The notes beneath the pieces are model-generated. The model saw only the letters and a list, made by a program, of their open reading frames with translations. It did not search any database and was not told the DNA's origin. 45,296 bases of DNA, from positions 1 to 45,296 of IMG/VR virus record IMGVR_UViG_3300020165_000035; one strand, written 5' to 3'. The stretch is from a virus. Of this stretch, positions 40,828 through 45,296 are shown in pieces. Each line of letters begins with the position of its first letter. The stretch's first letter is position 1. The translations under genes and the position numbers were made by a program.

Positions 40828-43800
40828 TTATCTCTGTGTATCCACTTCGAAAGTAATCACGACATTAACATCATCACTTCCTGCACCGACCTTACGGATT
40901 TTAATTCGTGCTTGGTCTGTAAGTGATAGATTTGAGTTTGCGTTGGCGCTTCTTCCAAGAACAGTTCTAGTTGTTCCAAGAGAAACATAACCGGTTGTAG
41001 TTCCAGTTATGGTTCCAGACACCTGAGTTATTTCAACTTCATAGTCGCTTCCGCTTGCCACTTGTCGATCATCTGCTGTTAACCACTTATCTATAAGAAT
41101 ACTGCTAGGTGTCGTTCTGTAAAAATCTCCCTGTCCTGCAAATTGTAATTGACCACTGGAGTTTAACGCAATACCTGACTCTAACACGTCACTAGTGCCA
41201 ATTGCTGCTTGACTGTTTTGAGATTTTCTAACAGTAATTGCCGTCATCTGAGCATCCGGTTGATCAGCAGATGCTGTGCTAGTATCATTTATATAGACTG
41301 CTTGTGAAGTAGCAATTCTGCGTCCACCCGTAGCAGAATCCCAAAGTTCAATCCAGAAATATTCTTCGCCTTCGGTGAGAGTATCAGCAGCAATACCCTT
41401 GAAAAGAGTGGATGACGATACTGCACCGGTTAAATTAACAGCACCTCTGGACGTTTCTCCATTATTGAAACTAAGATCATTTGCATCAGCCGTTCCTAAT
41501 TCTCCGTTGATAGTGTTATATGCATAATAAACGGTTTCATCAAATCCTGTATTTGCTCTCGTAATTCTCGTATTTAGAGTTTCTCCTTCATCAATGCTAT
41601 ATCTTGGTCCAGTCAATGATGGGAAAGAAATATCCCACCCTTGATCATCGTCTACCTTACAATACAGGGTGTAGGTTTCTATTTTCGCAAATTCTGTTCC
41701 GACTAATAATTGATCATCACCGCCAAGAAAACTTTCAGTTCTCGTTACGGTTATAAAGTCGCCTATGAACGGAGTATCTTCTATGTACGATATGTTATCA
41801 ATAAACGGAGTATCTTGAATGAATGGAATATTATCGATATATTCTTGGGTGTCGATTGTTGGTGTATTTTGAATAAAAGGTACTGTCTCATTAGTGTTAG
41901 CAATGAAAGGGATTTGATCAGTGGTAACGGTATTTCGAATGAAAGGGGTATTCCTATCAAAGTTGGTATCCCCTATGAATGGAACATTTCCTATGAATCC
42001 ACCAGGTATATCAATATTGTCTTGGAAGTTACTATTACCGATGTAATCTATAGTAGTGTTGTAATCGAAGTTAAAAATAAAATTGGAAGTAAAGTTTATA
42101 TTACCTAAAAAAGAGACGTTCTCGATGTAATCCTTCTCAAAAATGAAACTTAAAAACCCTTCTACATCTCTAATATAATCACGATCAGTAATAAAATCAC
42201 CGATATAATCCGGAGTTGTAATAGTATCTCTAATATAATCCGGAGTTGTAATAACGTCACCAATAAATGGTGGCGTTGTAATAACGTCACCAATAAATGG
42301 TGGAGTTGTAATAACGTCACCAATAAATGGTGGCGTTGTAATAATATCTTGAATATAATCCGGAGTTGTAATAGTATCTCTAATATAATCCGGAGTTGTA
42401 ATAGTATCTCTAATATAATCCGGAGTTGTAATAGTATCTCTAATATAATCCGGAGTTGTAATAACGTCACCAATAAATGGTGGCGTTGTAATAATATCTT
42501 GAATATAATCCGGAGTTGTAATAACGTCACCAATAAATGGTGGCGTTGTAATAACGTCACCGATAAATGGTGGAGTTGTAATAGTATCTCTAATATAATC
42601 CGGAGTTGTAATAGTATCTCTAATATAATCCGGAGTTGTAATAACGTCACCGATAAATGGTGGAGTTGTAATAGTATCTTTAATATAATCCGGAGTTGTA
42701 ATAGTATCTTTAATATAATCCGGAGTTGTAATAACGTCACCAATAAATGGTGGCGTTGTAATAACGTCACCTATAAATGGCGTATTGCGAATAAAGGGAT
42801 TACGAACTTCTTGAATGTATTGCTGTTGAACGTTATCAATAAAATCTGCTGTACCTTTCGTGTTGCCAATGTAGTCAATTTCTGTATTGATATTGTCAAT
42901 GTAATCGATATTGTCAATATAATTACCAATGAAAGGTATATTATCAATATAATTTACGTTCCGGATATAATCTACATTTTTAATATACGGCGTTGCAGTA
43001 TTAACGTTATCGATGTAGTCAATGTTGTCTTGATAATTAATATTATCAATGTAGTCAATATTATCAGTAAACTCCGCAAGACCTTTCGTGTTGCCAATGT
43101 AGTCAATATTATCTTGATAGTTAATATTATCAACATAATTTACGTTCCGGATATATGGCGGAGTTGTAATAACGTCACCAATGTAGTCAATATTATCTAC
43201 ATAATTGATATTATCAATATAATCTACGTTTCTAATATACGGCGTTTCAGTATTAACGTTATCGATGTAGTCAATGTTGTCTTGATAGTTAATATTATCA
43301 ATATAATTTACATTTTTAATATACGGCGTTGCAGTATTAACGTTATCGATGTAGTTAATATTATCTTGATAGTTAACATTATCAATATAATCTACGTTTC
43401 TAATATATGGTGTAGTAGTATTAACGTTATCGATGAAGTTAATGTTGTCTTGATAGATAACATTATCAATATAATCTAGGTTGGCAATATACGGCGGAAA
43501 CGTAATGGCATCACCAATGTAGTCAATATTATCAATAAAAGGTTGAAGACCCTTCACGTTATCGATGTAGTCAACGTTCTCTTGATAGTTAACATTATCA
43601 ATATAATTTACGTTGTAGATATATGGCGTTGTAGTATTAACGTTATCGATGAAGTTAATATTATCTTGATAGTTAATATTATCAATATAATTTACATTTT
43701 TAATATACGGCGTTGCAGTATTAACGTTATCGATGAAGTTAATGTTGTCTTGATAGTTAATGTTGTCTTGATAGTTAACATTATCAATATAATTTACGTT

Positions 43801-45294
43801 CCGGATATACGGCGGAAACGTAATGGCATCACCAATGTAGTTAATATTATCTTGATAGTTAATGTTGTCTTGATAGTTAACATTATCAATATAATTTACG
43901 TTTCTAATATATCCTATATCGTCTTTCAACCCGCCGATGAAGTTGATGTTGTCTTGAAAGTTGACATTATCAATAAAATTTACGTTGTAGATATAATTTA
44001 CGTTGTAGATATACGGCGTTGAAGTAAGAACGTTATCGATGTAGTTAATGTTGTCTTGATAGTTAACATTATCAATATAATTTACGTTGTAGATATAATC
44101 TAGGTTTTGGACATATGGCGGAGTTGTAATAACGTCACCAATGTAGTTAATATTGTCTTGATAGTTAACATTATCAATATAATTTAGGTTTTGGACATAT
44201 GGCGGAAACGTAATGGCATCACCAATGTAGTTAATATTATCTTGATAGTTAACATTATCAATATAATTTAGGTTCCGGATATACGGCGGAGTAGTTGTGG
44301 TATTAGCAACATAAGAAATATCGTTAATATACGGCGTTGCAGTATTAATGTTATCGATGTAGTCAACGTTGTCTTGATAGTTAACATTATCAACATAATC
44401 TAGGTTTTGGACATATGGCGGAGTTGTAATAACGTCACCAATGTAGTTAATGTTGTCTTGATAGTTAACATTATCAATATAATTTACGTTCCGGATATAC
44501 GGCGGAAACGTAATGGCATCACCAATGTAGTTAATGTTGTCTTGATAGATAACATTATCAATATAATCTAGGTTTTGGACATATGGCGGAAACGTAATAC
44601 CATCACCAATGTAGTTAATGTTGTCTTGATAGTTAACATTATCAATATAATTTACGTTGTCAATATATGGCGTTGCAGTATTAACGTTATCGATGTAGTT
44701 AATGTTGTCTTGATAGATAACATTATCAATATAATCTAGGTTGGCAATATATGGTGTAGTACCTGTGGTATTACCAATAAAAGGAATATCATCTATAAAA
44801 GGAATATTATCAATAAAATCTAGGTTGGCAATATATGGCGGAAACGTAATGGCATCACCAATGTAGTTAATATTATCTTGATAGTTAATATTATCTTGAT
44901 AGTTAACATTATCAATATAATCGGGTGTATTCGGAATATCAGCTATAAACGGCGGGGTTGTAATAGTGTCACCTATGAAAGGAGTTTCAATTACTTGAGG
45001 CGTTATAACAGGAGTATTAGTAATAAAATTCCCGACAAAATCTATGTTTTGAATGAAATCTAAATTTTCTACGTAATTAGTTTCCGTATTGACATTATCA
45101 ATGTAATCAGTTTCCGTATTGACATTATCAATGAACGGTGTTTCCGTGTTAATATTATCAATGAACGGTGTTGTCGTATTGACATTATCAATGTAATCAG
45201 TTTCCGTATTGACATTATCAATGAACGGTGTTTCCGTGTTAATATTATCAATGAACGGTGTTGTCGTATTGACATTATCAATATAATCAGTTAC
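40828..45294 (-). CDS. Giant Asn/Asp/Ile/Tyr/Thr/Pro repeat protein with C-terminal Calx-beta-like and terminal beta domains; 5'-truncated (at least 1489 aa)
   Basis: The track start at 43929 is an internal TTG. I read every in-frame codon from 43930 to 45294 and found no stop, and the same repeats continue. Confidence 0.9.
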   Translation of the reverse strand, partial: VTDYIDNVNTTTPFIDNINTETPFIDNVNTETDYIDNVNTTTPFIDNINTETPFIDNVNTETDYIDNVNTETNYVENLDFIQNIDFVGNFITNTPVITPQVIETPFIGDTITTPPFIADIPNTPDYIDNVNYQDNINYQDNINYIGDAITFPPYIANLDFIDNIPFIDDIPFIGNTTGTTPYIANLDYIDNVIYQDNINYIDNVNTATPYIDNVNYIDNVNYQDNINYIGDGITFPPYVQNLDYIDNVIYQDNINYIGDAITFPPYIRNVNYIDNVNYQDNINYIGDVITTPPYVQNLDYVDNVNYQDNVDYIDNINTATPYINDISYVANTTTTPPYIRNLNYIDNVNYQDNINYIGDAITFPPYVQNLNYIDNVNYQDNINYIGDVITTPPYVQNLDYIYNVNYIDNVNYQDNINYIDNVLTSTPYIYNVNYIYNVNFIDNVNFQDNINFIGGLKDDIGYIRNVNYIDNVNYQDNINYQDNINYIGDAITFPPYIRNVNYIDNVNYQDNINYQDNINFIDNVNTATPYIKNVNYIDNINYQDNINFIDNVNTTTPYIYNVNYIDNVNYQENVDYIDNVKGLQPFIDNIDYIGDAITFPPYIANLDYIDNVIYQDNINFIDNVNTTTPYIRNVDYIDNVNYQDNINYIDNVNTATPYIKNVNYIDNINYQDNIDYIDNVNTETPYIRNVDYIDNINYVDNIDYIGDVITTPPYIRNVNYVDNINYQDNIDYIGNTKGLAEFTDNIDYIDNINYQDNIDYIDNVNTATPYIKNVDYIRNVNYIDNIPFIGNYIDNIDYIDNINTEIDYIGNTKGTADFIDNVQQQYIQEVRNPFIRNTPFIGDVITTPPFIGDVITTPDYIKDTITTPDYIKDTITTPPFIGDVITTPDYIRDTITTPDYIRDTITTPPFIGDVITTPPFIGDVITTPDYIQDIITTPPFIGDVITTPDYIRDTITTPDYIRDTITTPDYIRDTITTPDYIQDIITTPPFIGDVITTPPFIGDVITTPPFIGDVITTPDYIRDTITTPDYIGDFITDRDYIRDVEGFLSFIFEKDYIENVSFLGNINFTSNFIFNFDYNTTIDYIGNSNFQDNIDIPGGFIGNVPFIGDTNFDRNTPFIRNTVTTDQIPFIANTNETVPFIQNTPTIDTQEYIDNIPFIQDTPFIDNISYIEDTPFIGDFITVTRTESFLGGDDQLLVGTEFAKIETYTLYCKVDDDQGWDISFPSLTGPRYSIDEGETLNTRITRANTGFDETVYYAYNTINGELGTADANDLSFNNGETSRGAVNLTGAVSSSTLFKGIAADTLTEGEEYFWIELWDSATGGRRIATSQAVYINDTSTASADQPDAQMTAITVRKSQNSQAAIGTSDVLESGIALNSSGQLQFAGQGDFYRTTPSSILIDKWLTADDRQVASGSDYEVEITQVSGTITGTTTGYVSLGTTRTVLGRSANANSNLSLTDQARIKIRKVGAGSDDVNVVITFEVDTQR
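42211..42780 (-). repeat. Coding tandem repeat, 19 x 30 bp (PFIGDVITTP / DYI[RKQ]D[TI]ITTP)
   Basis: 570 nt equals 19 units of two types, in the order AABBABBAABABBBBAAAB. Confidence 0.92.
42850..44920 (-). repeat. Degenerate 18-bp (hexapeptide YIDNVN/YQDNIN) repeat region punctuated by TxTP/TFPP linkers
   Basis: Dozens of [YF][IQ][DRKG]N[VIL][ND] units visible in the translation and in the DNA. Boundaries are approximate. Confidence 0.85.
45079..45288 (-). repeat. Coding tandem repeat, 7 x 30 bp ([DY/PF]IDN[VI]NT[ET]T), with a 90-bp higher-order duplication
   Basis: 45109-45198 and 45199-45288 differ at one base. Confidence 0.9.
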
Positions 45295-45296
45295 CG

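Noticed and set aside
42211-42780. 30-bp repeats resembling a CRISPR array
   Set aside because: The units are contiguous with no unique spacers, are in-frame coding, and have no cas genes nearby.
43900-43960. Possible start codon or programmed frameshift at 43929
   Set aside because: The TTG is an internal Leu. The frame is continuous upstream and the repeats carry on unchanged.
42349-44022. Long plus-strand ORFs (376 aa and 159 aa) over the repeat region
   Set aside because: They are in the same triplet register as the minus-strand gene. They stay open because the repeat protein almost never uses TTA, CTA or TCA codons, so they are antisense shadows.
42162-45281. Alternative-frame minus ORFs (42162-42770, 202 aa; 45069-45281, 70 aa)
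   Set aside because: Off-frame translations of the 30-bp arrays, with no RBS or independent coding signal.
42850-45294. Ice-nucleation protein
   Set aside because: It lacks the InaZ AGYGSTxT octamer and regular TxT ladders. A different beta-solenoid remains possible.

Overview
This window is the late (virion morphogenesis) module of a T4-like myovirus. Every credible gene lies on the minus strand. Reading in the transcribed direction (right to left): a giant Asn/Asp/Thr/Pro repeat protein (open past the right edge, at least 1489 aa, longer than the ORF track shows), a 152-aa protein, a GT-A/GT8-like glycosyltransferase, a 2OG-Fe(II) oxygenase-like protein, two small virion proteins, three fibre/adhesin proteins (491, 2154 and 2456 aa, plus a 123-aa partner), neck gp13-gp14, a gp15 fused to Ig-like and LamG domains, a displaced gp7-like protein and a partner, gp16-gp17 terminase, gp18 sheath, gp19 tube, gp20 portal, then a collagen-like protein and four uncharacterised genes (the last runs off the left edge). 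Five exact T4 late promoters (TATAAATA) and one terminator are visible. Three signals stand out. (1) The 2154-aa virion protein has eight tandem ~140-aa helical repeats, each with an invariant Cys-x-Arg-Asp in a context that resembles the bilin-attachment helix and globin core of phycobiliproteins. (2) An oxygenase plus glycosyltransferase cassette sits beside the fibres. (3) Two fibre proteins show a near-absolute D-S-[A/V/T/I] bias, suggesting a virion post-translational modification system. All family assignments come from motif recognition by eye, with no database search. The host cannot be determined from this window.
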